Position numbers and translations under genes: made by a program. The notes beneath the pieces are model-generated. The model saw only the letters and a list, made by a program, of their open reading frames with translations, was not told the DNA's origin and searched no databases. From Tubulanus polymorphus (Eukaryota; Animalia; Nemertea), in NCBI RefSeq assembly GCF_964204645.1, contig NC_134030.1, forward strand, positions 2,956,778 to 3,020,777: 64,000 bases of DNA, in the 5' to 3' direction. Positions 37,606-50,597 of this stretch are shown piece after piece (within the stretch, counting starts at the first letter, position 1; each line of letters opens with the position of its first letter).

Positions 37606-38302
37606 GTTTATAGGAAATCGTCGAGTGGCCCAGTTGCACAACTCGATGGTTTTTTTTAGCCAACACTGTCTGAATAACGATAATTCACCATTCTTGATTT
37701 GAAGTTTGGATTATGTTCTGTAGGGTGGGCCTGGACGAGCAAGTTCTGGAGTCGGAAATTTTGCGGAGATCGGTGCATTCGATCAGTATCTGAAGGAAAG
37801 GACTGAAAATTGGGTAATAACATTTACATCTAGAACATATTTTTGGCAAATTCCTTCGATTTTTCTAAAGGATTAACCTATGATATATATTGCAAGCAAC
37901 CATTTTCTTATATTTCTCATTCACAGTTACAGGATGCGAATGTATTGTTTATAGACAGCCCTGTAGGAGTCGGTTTTAGTTATGTTACTGGTCGTAGCTC
38001 GTTGGCTGATTCGAATGAAATGATCGTCTCTGATTTACTGGTGCTCATTAAAACACTGTTAACAGACCAGCTTCGTGATTTCCAAGTAAGTTACCGACTA
38101 TTTCTTTGAAATAGCAACTCAATCCACCAGAATATTCCCTTCTTTCATCTCATGAATTTATTATGTCTTTTATGCTGTAATTATGCTATTTTTGGGATGT
38201 ACCGCTTTACTTGTTCGGAGAAAACTACGGTGCAAAAGTGTCGGCGATGTTCGCTGAAGCTCTACACCAGGTAAACACGACGTAACAACTCTGATTGCAA
38301 AT

Positions 38303-38462
38303 ACAGTGGAATCTCGTTTCACGGGACCAGGTTCGTTATAACCGATAGTTCGTTATATCCAGTTTATGAAATCGATTACATTTTCTTACTTGGGACGAAA
38401 TTCTATATTTGTTATATCCGATGAAACGTTGTATCCGAGTTCGTTATAACGAGGTTCCACTG
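38303..38462. mobile_element. Tc1/pogo-type MITE
   Basis: TA|CAGTGGAATCTCGTT...ATAACGAGGTTCCACTG terminal inverted repeats. Confidence 0.75.
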
Positions 38463-38748
38463 AAGTACGTATATCACTCATCCCGAATTGTTTCGGCTTG
38501 AAATCGTCCTAGATTATTTGTGATTCGTTTATCTCGTCATCAGGAGGTGTTAGCTGGTGGAATCAAGTGCAGACTGTCCGGGGTCGGTCTTCTCAGTCCT
38601 ACGATCGATCTTACGCCAAATCTGATGAACTACGGACCGTATTTACACGCTATGGTAGGCCGTTTTAACTGTTCAGTTATTTGTTAGGGCGAAAAAATTA
38701 TCCAATGAAACCGAAGCAACTTCAGGCAGAGATGCGTTGATTCTTCCT

Positions 38749-39058
38749 AGGGCTAAAAATTGATACCCAGGGACACTCAATCGAAAAATAAAACAAAATT
38801 TACCAGCCAAATAAATAAATAATGGGGACAATCCCTATTTTAAGATCAAAAATTTATACCCTGTTTATCATTTCCGTTGAGCTTAAAAGTTGACCCGCGC
38901 TGCCGCCGTTCTGCCCTGTACGTTACTTTCTTTAAAATCATGATCAAGAACCATAACAGACCCGGCAGTTATAGAAATGAACTGATTACAAATTTCATCG
39001 CAGTTTACAAAATGACCCGGCCGATAAGGAGAAAACAAGGCATTTTATTTTAGGCTAA
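38749..39058. mobile_element. Kolobok-like non-autonomous element (copy of the 52202-52421 family)
   Basis: Shares CCATAACAGACCCGGC..TATAGAAATGAACTG..ACAAAATGACCCGGCCG with 52202-52421. Confidence 0.65.
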
Positions 39059-39607
39059 GATTTCATTTTTGATTCAAGGGTCAAGTGGATATTGATGGTA
39101 AAGCTGATATAATGAGAAGAATGTCCTCAGTGAAATACTATATGAATGTGCAGGATTACAGTAACGCTTTCTACAGTTTCAAGAAGTCGTTGCGCCGACT
39201 GCGAGGTTTAGACCGTAACACGTACGATCCGTTACACCTGGCGTATCGACCTACTCGCCATCTATCGGACTTTATGAACGGACCTGTGCAAAAATATCTA
39301 GCACATATATCGCGTTACCGCTGGAATGGTACGTTCCGCCACGCAATATACGCGGGATTCGAAACTGATAGCATTGCCAGACGTTCTGAGACCTGAATGA
39401 AGTATCTTTTATGCGCCCTAACACTGGCCCGTAGTACATGAGCTAGCTTCGATGGGTATTCGATTCAATCACCCTGTTCATTTTTCTTCGTAGATTTCAA
39501 TTGGGATGTCTTCTATTCACAATCGAAATCCTACATGAAACCAGCTTCAAAATCAGGTGATTTAATTTTTAAGATTTTATTGTTTTCTCAATTATTTTTA
39601 TTCGCAG

Positions 39608-40357
39608 CAATCACTATCTAGACTATCAGAAATCACAATCACTATCTAGACTATCAGAAATCACAATCACTATCTAGACTATCAGAAATCACAATCACTA
39701 TCTAGACTATCAGAAATCACAATCACTATCTAGACTATCAGAAATCACAATCACTATCTAGACTATCAGAAATCACAATCACTATCTAGACTATCAGAAA
39801 TCACAATCACTATCTAGACTATCAGAAATCACAATCACTATCTAGACTATCAGAAATCACAATCACTATCTAGACTATCAGAAATCACAATCACTATCTA
39901 GACTATCAGAAATCACAATCACTATCTAGACTATCAGAAATCACAATCACTATCTAGACTATCAGAAATCACAATCACTATCTAGACTATCAGAAATCAC
40001 AATCACTATCTAGACTATCATCAGAAATCACAATCACTATCTAGACTATCAGAAATCACAATCACTATCTAGACTATCAGAAATCACAATCACTATCTAG
40101 ACTATCAGAAATCACAATCACTATCTAGACTATCAGAAATCACAATCACTATCTAGACTATCAGAAATCACAATCACTATCTAGACTGACTATCAGAAAT
40201 CACAATCACTATCTAGACTATCAGAAATCACAATCACTATCTAGACTATCAGAAATCACAATCACTATCTAGACTATCAGAAATCGCGATCACTATCTAG
40301 ACTATCAGAAATCACAATCACTATCTAGACTATCAGAAATCACAATCACTATCTAGA
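39608..40357. repeat. Minisatellite, 28-bp unit, about 27 copies
   Basis: (CAATCACTATCTAGACTATCAGAAATCA)n, nearly invariant; intronic in the SCPEP1-like gene. Confidence 0.97.
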
Positions 40358-41786
40358 TAGCGTCGTATATTAATTATTTTTCTACATTCAGTCGAATATT
40401 TGTTACGTCAGAAGAACATTAAGATTGCCATATTCGTCGGTCAGTTAGATTTTATAGCTAATCCAGTAGGTAAGCGTGTACTTCTGATTGAAAACTCACA
40501 CGCATATATTTTCATCCAATTAATTTGATTAAATCACTCAATGATCATGTTTTGATTTTTGTAAGGGACAGAGACTTGGTTATATCGACTGAAGTGGCTT
40601 GGGAAAAAAGCGTTTTACGATGCGCCAAGACGTCAAATATCCGACCCAAACAACTTGCATATCACAATAGCTGGTTTAAAAAACTACCGAAATCTATATC
40701 TATATTGGGTGAACGGTGCAGGACATATGGTTCGTTCGAGAATACGAAACACAGATGGATATCTATCACTTTTTGTTAAGTTGCTTATGAATCGATTTGA
40801 TAGTTAACGGAATCTTTCCGTTTCAGATACCAAGAGACAAACCGAGGGCAGCGAGACTTATAATGAAAGATTTCCTAAGAATCACCTGACGATGATTCGA
40901 CAAAGTCTTGAATTGAATTCTAATAAAGTATTGCATTCGTTGCTATTTTGTCTTTGCATCTATTCTTTTTTCTACGAACAAAGTATAATTCCAACCAATC
41001 GCGAAAATGAAAAAGACCAACATGAGAAACAGCCTAGGATGGTTTCGCAGCCGAATTCAGATATATACAGGATGATTAATCAAGATAATTTCACCATTCT
41101 AAAATCGTATGATATTTATTGTTCCAATCACTTCGCAATTACATTTTCACATCGTTTCACCGTTGAAAACTGGTTATAGCGAAAGCACCTATGATTTTCA
41201 AAGTGCTTTTCGAAAAGTCAGTCGCAAACAAATTTGGATCAAGATTTTTCGAAATCTGGATACAATTTTCATAATTTCTTTTTGAAAAGTAATCCATTCT
41301 CAAGTGATTTATTCAGGTTTCCGGTCATTTCATATCTAAGTTCTGCCCTTTTTCAGTAAGAAAGTACCCCTTTTTACGGTGCAAAGATGCCATTTTTCAA
41401 AATAGGACTGACCCTCAAATATGTTCGGCACGGGCCTGGAAACATATAACATGTTTTCGTTGTTTAGCTGTTTTCCACTCTTCTATCTACGGTACACAGC
41501 TCCATACGTTTCATCCCAAAATGTCTTAATTCATTTTGTATTCAGTTACTTCTGAATTAATGTCTTCAAATGTCTGAAGTAATTTGTCAGAGTTTAGCGA
41601 CTCATTAAGGGAGTGTTCATATCACAGTTTAATCAATAAGAACTTAATCGTAGTACGGTCTATAGACGTAACGTCATCCTTATGATAATTAAAAACCAAT
41701 TTGCACAATGAACAAATTAATGCAAATCCGACGTCACGATAATATGATTAATTATCAAATTTTCAATTAAAGACTTCCTATCGTCT

Positions 41787-42362
41787 CTATTCGGTATCCT
41801 TTTCGTAGGCTTTCCTCTTGCACATGATCACGTACGTGGCTACGAAAATGAATACATTCCACAAACAGTGTAAAACGACGAAGCACACCACGTAGGCCGA
41901 GATCCACGTGTTCGCCGAACTGATATGTCCACCGTTTAGTGTCATGGTAAACACGGGAATGAAGTTTACGATGCAAATAATTATAGAAGCGACGCCCAGA
42001 TAGAAGAAATGCGTTGTGGACTTTTTGATACAGATCACAAGCGCGTAGACGCCGCAAAAAGTCGGTGCAACGAATCCCCAAATTCCGACGTAGGTCAACG
42101 TCACGTTGAACTTGACCAAAATAACGACGTTGATCGCTGGAACTACAATCCACAACACGAGAAATATCACGTATAAAGCGATTAGTATGGTCCAGTATCT
42201 GGTGTCTATGTAGTGTCTAGCGTGATATCTAGGACCTTCAGGCGGCAATGTTTGGAAATTAACGAAATCCACGTCGCCATTACTGGTTCTGGCTGTCGGC
42301 TGTGTAGACCGGGTCTTCGGATCATCTTGTAACCCATCGAAGTCTCGCAGCTCGTGATCCAT
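41787..42362 (-). CDS. Four-transmembrane protein, MS4A/CD20-like topology, 191 aa
   Basis: Single-exon ATG ORF; hydrophilic N-terminal tail then four TMs; TM2 YVGIWGFVAPTFCG resembles the MS4A 'WGG' segment; basic cytosolic end. Family call is tentative. Confidence 0.75.
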   Translation of the reverse strand: MDHELRDFDGLQDDPKTRSTQPTARTSNGDVDFVNFQTLPPEGPRYHARHYIDTRYWTILIALYVIFLVLWIVVPAINVVILVKFNVTLTYVGIWGFVAPTFCGVYALVICIKKSTTHFFYLGVASIIICIVNFIPVFTMTLNGGHISSANTWISAYVVCFVVLHCLWNVFIFVATYVIMCKRKAYEKDTE

Positions 42363-45300
42363 TGTACAGAATCCAACGTTTCTTCATTTGGTTCCGACGA
42401 TACCGAATAGACTTAACATGTCAATCTTTAATTTATGCACTAAAATGAATGTAACCTTTTTCTATGGACATAAAACTTTTTGTCGAAAATATATAAATAG
42501 GATTGGAACGATCTCTACAGCTTCGTGTCAGCGACTTCTGCAAACTGGTTCGCGCACAATGCAGTTGACAGTAGGCACACACAAACATATATATATACAT
42601 ACAAACATTGTACTGGAAGTTTAAGAATGTCTGGCATTATTACACTAAATGTATAATACACCTAGTGCCCACAGTTTGTGAACTAACGTAATCTTCCAAT
42701 GAAATAAAGGCCGCTGGTAATATTTATATATGTATGCATACTTATTTAAAACATTTATGAGGAAATTCACGTAAATCGTGTCTAAAAATAACGATTACTT
42801 CATAAGATATTCATGAAATGGCGATACACAGTGAGAAATGTGAAAATTAAGGTAGCAAAATCCAATAACTAATTAATTTTTCTAATAAATCGCAATATAG
42901 GTGTTTTGGTATACGATTAGTTTTTGTTGTTTCGTCGTAAGTATGAATGATTAGCATGAATTCTTAATCGCGATGTTTTCATGAAGTTTCTGACACTCAG
43001 TGGTACTAATTATTGAACTAATGCCGGGGCATTCCGGGGGTCCTGACAGTCATGGATTCCGTCTTCGGAAAGTGAGTGCAATAGCCCGCTGGGACTGAAC
43101 GGTCCCATTTTACGGTTTCCTGCCTATACAAATGTGCATATTTCCTTTTTGCGAATTCTTTTGTCAAATGCAAATCACATGCGGGTTTTTACATGGTTAA
43201 TCCACATTCGTGCGTGCGGGATTTGGAGCGATATTAACTACGAAAACAATACGAATCGTCGTTTAAGAAACGTATAGGAGTCACAAATCAAATTGCCAGT
43301 AGTAAGTATTGTGTACATATCGGATTTCTGAGTATCCCAACTAGAATTGTGCTAGACGGGAAACTAGTGAAAACTATAAGTGTCAATTATACCGGGAACG
43401 TAACACGCCCAAACGTTAACGTATAGTCTGCGTACCGCAAAAGCTTCGCAACGTTGGAATTATCGACATCTGGTCGTTCGACGTTTTCACCGTCGACGTT
43501 GCATTCATTGACGTTGGTTATGAATTCTCTTCTTCCTCCGTAAATCAATAAACGGCGACGAGGAGCGAGAGGAGAGAGAGAGGAGAGAGGGGATAGCACC
43601 GAGAGTTGCTCAATGCTGAACTGGTAGCATATATGCGCATATACAGTAAATACAGCAATGTAACGACTATCGTCTCTCGGCGGAAGAGGTTTAGGAGATG
43701 TGGTGGACGACGCGCAGGGCTTTGAACGACCCACAACAGAGCAACCTCGATGATAAGGTGAGTGGTGATAATAATCTCACGAATTTGTTTGAAATTGTCA
43801 ATAGCTCACCCGAACTGAATTCGAGAGAATTCATTAGAGATAGAACTGAATTTTAAAAAAAATGCCGTAAATAACAGAAAATTAGAATGTTTTGCACGTG
43901 TATTGTTGTTATTGCGAGTAGGACATGGAAGTATTTCCCGCGCGTCACGAAACGTTGATTGATGTATTAACGTATTAACTAAAAGTGACAGGTCTTGGTT
44001 AGAAATCGACGAACTAAACAAAGGTGACAGGAAATCCATCGATTTGCAATCATGCCGCGTTCCTATGCATGGGATACATATATATATGTTCAGTATATAC
44101 CAGTATACGCGACCAGTACTGAATAACGGGGATATATTCGACTAGACGTTGTCGTCGTTTCTGAGTTCCCGATTGTGAATAATTTCCATCGTTTCTATTC
44201 AAACCAACCGTCGATCGCTTTCAGAATCTTCGCAGGAATTCTCTCTCTGTCTCGGTTTTGCGACTGATCTGCGATGCAATGGACACAGATACACGCACAC
44301 GATGTATTAAATAATTCAGAGCACCCACGTAATCTCCTACTGCAATCGGAGTAACACATTACACCCATTTCTTGCGTTACAAATCTTAATCCGGTTCTTC
44401 ATTTATCGAAGTGGATGAATGTTAGAAAATAGACTGAAATTCAAATGCTTTTCAAGTCCAACTAACGAGTCAAAACCAATTCATCTAAACATCTTGGCCC
44501 GGTTTTATAGACCGCTATTATCTTCAAAGGTCAAATGCCCTCTAAATAGGATATTGTGTAAAACCTATTTTCTAATTGTGTGGTGGCTAACTTAATTCAT
44601 TTTCAATTAAGTTAGCCCCCGGGTTAAAGGTACCGGTCTATAAAACCGGGATTATCTCGAAAAATGGTTTGATCTCCGTGATTGAAAACGGCATTATAAT
44701 CATCATACTTATTTCTATAATCGTTATCATAATTACTTTTAACTTATTCCAATTAGGCTAAAAAGGCAGTACATGAAATTACAAATTTAAGATGATTGGA
44801 TGAAATAAACTAAAATATATATTACACCATACATGCTGAAAAGATATTTGACAGATTGAAATGTCTCTATGGAACTGGAAAAGCGAATATGTTTAACAAC
44901 GTTTGTCATTTATGGCGCTTATTTCATGTAAAACGCCAAAAGACTGTTTTATTACGAAATAAAAGCGTATAATAAGTAAAAAGCCTTAATAATGAACATT
45001 ATATATGACCGGATAAATATACATCATAGGGTCACAGACCCGAAGCAACATTAACAGATGATATAACGGGTAAATTGATATTCGTATTCGTATATTTGCA
45101 TTTTTTGCGTCTCTATCCAAACACATACGATATTCCGCACTGTGCTATCATATTATTGACAAATAATGATGTACTTCCCCGACCGAATGTTGGTTGTTCA
45201 GATGGTGTGTATACCGGCATGAATACTGACATTGATTACACATAATATTGCATATACGCGTTATTATGACACATTCACAATACAATGACGTTTAAATAGT

Positions 45301-46057
45301 GAATTTTGAATTTAAATACTGGTAACAGTTACACATCGCAATGAAATCTCTACGAGGATGGAGCTAAAAAAATTGGCAAAAAATTGTATAAAAGAAAAAT
45401 GGCATCGTTCCCGAATAGAGGCGCCACATCGAAGATCGCATTTCAAGTGAGTTTCACGAGATGCAGTTTCAAAAAAGGACGAGTGTCTTGACTTGAAGTT
45501 TTTTTTCAAGCTGATTTAACAAAAAGAGCAACACCAAACAAAGGATCCAAGAGAATTATACAAGTCCGTCAAATTCGATATCCCTTATTTATTTCGTCGA
45601 CAAAAATTGCCACAATTCAGTGCAGTAATATTGTCTTTTTGGACGTCAAAGTGGCCTTTGGGGTGTGAAAAATTCTTTAAAGTTAGCCCCTGTTTGTGTA
45701 AGTGTGATGGTTAAGATTTATTCAATCTTTTCTGGATATCGGTATTTGTATGCGTGTCCTCGGGTGTAAATGAATCGCCCTGGTTTCACTGATCAGGAAA
45801 GCGCGAACGACTGACTGATCGAGCTTGTCGATCGTCAATCATTGCGAGGATGATGTCAATCGTTGTTGCCTTGGCGCGAGGGACAGTCGTGATGGGAAAG
45901 TTTGTAAAGTAGATTTCTAATCAGGTTAATTAGACATATACAACACACACTGTGAGCAGAAACTGACTGACAGTTCGGTGCGTTCTCCTGTCACTAGATG
46001 TGTCACACACTGAATAGAGAATCACAAGGATGAAACAGATCGATCTAAACTGTTTCT

Positions 46058-46090
46058 ACTGCTGCTGCTGCTGCTGCTGCCGCCGCTGCA
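46058..46090 (+). repeat. (CTG)n/(CCG)n microsatellite
   Basis: actgctgctgctgctgctgctgccgccgctgca. Confidence 0.8.
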
Positions 46091-46679
46091 ATCCAACGAT
46101 ATTATTTACGCCATGTCTACAACATTTCTGAGTGCGCAATCGTGTATAGCATCTTCAATTAGAAGATTGGCATCTTCATCGTTTGACGTCATCTCATGGC
46201 AGCACCCGCTAACCTTAATACAATCAGTATTTTTCATGTTTGGCAGATTTTTCAGCGATACGGACGTTGCTTAACAAGGATACACCGATACCGTGATTAT
46301 TTCTATCATTTTATTATAATGTTATTATTTTCGTTGTGAAAATTTGAATCGATTATTTTTCTTATTTTTCTGAACGGTATATTGTTCGAATAAAACGATG
46401 AACGTAGAAAAAGAATAAAAATATCGGAATACATTCAGTTTTCGAACAACAGGCGTAGAGTTCTATAAACATCAGACGTGGGTGTGATCTGTTATTACTT
46501 TCATGTTAACTCACTGATTCTTGTCATCTATTTTTCAGAGTAGATAAAGAACTAGATGACAATACGCCGCAATAGAAACCAGCAGGTAGATAGAACGCGT
46601 CTGAAACATGGACAATTTATGACAAACGCCGACGCGGTTTTACATCGATTACGAATCGTTCGTTCATCACCCGTTTTCG

Positions 46680-47957
46680 ATGAAGAGAAAACAAATTCAA
46701 AAATGGATATTTTTCGTCGTTCTGATTTGTGGACTCGCAAATCTGTTCGGTTACATGACGTACGTGCACTCGCAATCGTACAACGCAATGGCGGTGCGTA
46801 TCAACGGTTCACGGACGGACACGGACAACGAACCGGACGCGACGCAGCTCAGCGCTGCCGTCTTTCACGAGGAGAGAAACAAGTACATGACGAATTCGTA
46901 TGATAATAACGATAGTGTAAATATCACGACGAAAACGTACGTTCAATATAAATCTAATGCTCACGATAATTTAAACAGTATTCAACACAGTTTAAAATCA
47001 CGATCTTCATCAAACTCTGTCACTAATAATAACGTTAAACCTACACGATCACGCTCAGTTTCTCATAGGACTAAAATCGCTCATTTCAACGGTGTTCTCA
47101 ACACGGATCTCGGGTATATTCATAACAATATCAAAATATGCAATTCTCAACTTCACATCGACATGGTGATAGGGGTCACGAGCGCCGTGCCGAACATCAG
47201 ACGTCGCGCCGTCATACGAGAAACGTGGGGCGCTTATCGAAACGCCAAAGTCAAACTGATATTCATCGTCGGACGCGGTAACGCTTCCGTGCAACGTCAA
47301 ATCGAAGCGGAAAGTCTACGTCACGGCGACGTCGTCCAACGGGATTTTCGAGATACGTATCGTAATCTGACGCTCAAATCGTCCGCTTTATTCGAATGGG
47401 TGACGCATTTCTGTAACCAATCATCGTTCGTGCTGAAGGCAGACGACGATATGTTCGTTAACATACCGTCGCTCGTACACAAATTGAAAGAACAAAACAA
47501 ACGCTGGGGACCGAAGTTTTTCTATTGCTATTTCTTGAAGAAATCGTCGCCGTTCAGAAGTAAAGACAGTAAATGGTACACGACGATGCAAGAGTACAAA
47601 CATAAGTTATACCCGCCGTATTGTATCGGCACGGCTTACGCTATGACGACAGCTACGGCCGTTGATCTCCACGACATGTCGAAATCTGTACCGTTATTTT
47701 GGTTAGAGGATATCTACTGGACGGGAATTCTGGCCGGAAAACTTCGCATCCGCCATCTTTACGCGCCGTCGTTTTCGGGAAGTACTAAGTATCCGGCCGA
47801 TCCCTGCGTATTCCGGGTGAAAGATACTGTTCATTTGACTGACGGTGGAGTTATAGCGTTGAAAGACACGTGGAAAGCATCGAGAAAAGCTCACTTGAAA
47901 TGTAAGTATGATCCCAGTCCGCACTTTCAGAAACAGCATTCACGCGGAATAATTTGA
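46680..47957 (+). CDS. Beta-1,3-galactosyltransferase (GT31, B3GALT1-like), 425 aa
   Basis: Type II TM anchor, Ser/Asn-rich stem, RRAVIRETWG, HGDVVQRDFRDTYRNLTLK, KADDD (DxD), YPPYCIG, EDIYWTG. Splice acceptor at 46538 implies upstream 5'UTR exon(s). Confidence 0.95.
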   Translation: MKRKQIQKWIFFVVLICGLANLFGYMTYVHSQSYNAMAVRINGSRTDTDNEPDATQLSAAVFHEERNKYMTNSYDNNDSVNITTKTYVQYKSNAHDNLNSIQHSLKSRSSSNSVTNNNVKPTRSRSVSHRTKIAHFNGVLNTDLGYIHNNIKICNSQLHIDMVIGVTSAVPNIRRRAVIRETWGAYRNAKVKLIFIVGRGNASVQRQIEAESLRHGDVVQRDFRDTYRNLTLKSSALFEWVTHFCNQSSFVLKADDDMFVNIPSLVHKLKEQNKRWGPKFFYCYFLKKSSPFRSKDSKWYTTMQEYKHKLYPPYCIGTAYAMTTATAVDLHDMSKSVPLFWLEDIYWTGILAGKLRIRHLYAPSFSGSTKYPADPCVFRVKDTVHLTDGGVIALKDTWKASRKAHLKCKYDPSPHFQKQHSRGII

Positions 47958-50485
47958 CCTGTGACAAAATTTCGCAAGGGCCTGGGTGGATGTTATTAAT
48001 ATAATATCAGACAATCGCTTGTTTATGGAAACCAACTTGATGGATGTCCTTTGGTCGGGCCAATTTGGCTCATCGTGGTGGAACGTATCCTTATGATTAT
48101 ATTGAATAAGAATATTAGAAAATAAGAAGAAATATTTCTTTTTCAGGCGCAAGTCCTCGTAGAAGGAACAGAAAAGCGGCTGATGCTTCGGTCGTCTACG
48201 TCTTGTGTATCTTCGTTTTATTTTGCGCACTATTCGCTCTGGCCTTGACCGTGGCCGTCAACGCAGACACGAAAATCAAAGACAAAGAGCAACACAAGAA
48301 GAGGACGGCGGAGCGCGTGATGAAATGAAAACTCATCATTGATCATTCGGTTTGATCTAAAGAAATATAAACATGCATTTTATTGTAAATAACACACCTA
48401 ACCGCCCCCCACATACACTAGCAACACTAGGTGTAGTAACTGATAAGGCCTATCAAAATATACTGATCCTGAAAAGATATTTTCACCAGTCCACGAAAAA
48501 CTGGGCATTTCTGCCTCAATGACCACGAGATCCTTGCATACCATTCAAATTAGTATTTTTTAACATGAACACGCTTAGCACAATTCAATTGTGTTATCTA
48601 GCTCAAAGATCCGTTTGAAATCCAACGGGTCTCAAATTGTATACCGAATATGCTAAATTGGCAAATTGGTTTTAGCCTTGTAAATGTTTTGTTGTTGATT
48701 CTCAGTTATTGTTCACACAGCAACGTTCTGAGCTAAATTAGCGAAAGCTTGTTCGTTGCTGGCTCGAGCTCGCCAACCGTTCGTTATCTATAGTATGAGA
48801 CCAAGCACGCGTCGCATCCACTCAAATACTGGGTTTTATTAAAATTATATGGGATATTAGATAATATGATAATAATTACTGGCAGCAAAGCGCTTGGCAA
48901 ACGTAATTGCATTTATACATTAAGCGTTAAGCCTGTTTAATGCCTATTTTACCATTAATTGCAGTTAATGTTCTATGATTCGCGAAGTAGAATGTACTTA
49001 TCAACTTATATGCAGTGACTTTCGACCTATGAAGTGTTTAAATGCACATTCGTAGGCTTGCTCGGGGAGGGTGAATTTCTTTTTCGTCACCGATTTACGT
49101 ATTTGTGCAGGGAGTCTATTTCTTCTATGCATTATAATATGATATATGAATATATAGTCACAAAGTGTAAATAACCATATTTGAAAATACATAGCAAATA
49201 GCTAAACGAGAAATACTTCTATTGACATTATCCAACTCCGAGGTTTTTTTCATCATCGCCATTACGTCAGATATCTCATCGCCTGATCGGCGCTTTATTG
49301 TGATATATTCTTTATACTTATCGACACGAGTTGATTGTCTTAAAAATGCAATAAATAATTTGGGCGTCGTCTCCAAAACGCATAATATTGTTATGTATCT
49401 ATTTGTACGTTGTTCTAGCTATAGCACTACTTAAAATATGTTGCGTGGCATATTTTTGTTTGCCGAAGATACTTAGCGAAAAGGGTATTCTACCGTGGAA
49501 CTGGACATTTAGCGATCATGTGATTTTCATGATGGATCGCCGGCCCGGCGATAAGGTGTTTACGGCTCGTTGGCCCCGGTTTAAACTAGAGTTTCCCGTC
49601 AGAAGGTGGCCAGTATACATTGAAAGTGCTTTGAGACCTTTCGCTGGCGTCACCAGAAACATCCTTGAGCGTATTCTGTCAGCTTTGATGCGCGGTCGTT
49701 CGGTAAACATGAATATACTATCGCAATACAATACTTAAATACTATAAATACAATTAGGAAATTATAATAAACTGATGATGATAATAATGATGATATAGAT
49801 AGTTATAACGATTATTAAGATAATAATGATAATGTAGTTTTTGCTCATAATTATAAAATCATTGTGGTTGTAATGATATGCATTTCTTATACATACACAT
49901 GTTAAATTCTAATTGACTTAACTCGAATCAAGTCCTTCCAAACTCTTATACAAACGATATCAAATTGTGTGACGTATTCATATTGTAGTATTTAAGTGCG
50001 TGTACATATCGATTATATTGCGTTTTAACATACATTTCAACGTGGTTTTAATATGTTGTTTTCGGACTCGTCGTTTGAATCGATCGCATAAGTTTCTGAT
50101 AATGATTTGAAATGGAAGCCTCCGATATCGCTCTTTTTCGTGCTGTGATCCCGTTTTTTTTTTATTTTGTAAAATGGAGTGATTACATTTCGCTGATACA
50201 TTTTTGTATGGCTTCGAACGATTCAAAATTAGCATTGTAACAGTCACGTCGAAACCCCTATATTTGTTTCGCTTGTCTGATATCAGTAAGCACAAAAATA
50301 ATATCTCAAATAATAAATGGCTTTTGTTGGTTGTTGAATTAATACGTATATCGATAATCATTAAAATGTATGGGTAGATAGATATTACATGAAAATCTGT
50401 GCGCGATTTTCTGTCATAAAATTAATAGAATCGGCTGTGAATTTTAATTAACATTTGAAGAATACGTTTATCATCCGATATTTGA

Positions 50486-50597
<112 letters not shown>

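Larger units (their letters stand above)
36229..40889 (+). pseudogene. SCPEP1/RISC-like serine carboxypeptidase (S10), catalytically dead or pseudogenising
   Basis: Exons about 36229-36345 (VREKARIYWWFY, no GT after ..INIQ), 37724-37813 (GGPG..GNFAEIG), 37927-38085 (LFIDSPVGVGFSY), 38196-38270 (FGENYGAK, acceptor TGG), 38544-38654, 39079-39328, 39494-39556, 40392-40469 (GQLD), 40566-40729 (AGHM), 40827-40889. Possible signal-peptide exon at 35017-35077. Confidence 0.75.

Noticed and set aside
39608-40357. 28-bp repeats of CRISPR-like length
   Set aside because: Head-to-tail with no spacers; a minisatellite.
49388-49738. 116-aa ORF with hydrophobic N-terminus
   Set aside because: TTG start, no recognisable family or supporting splice structure.
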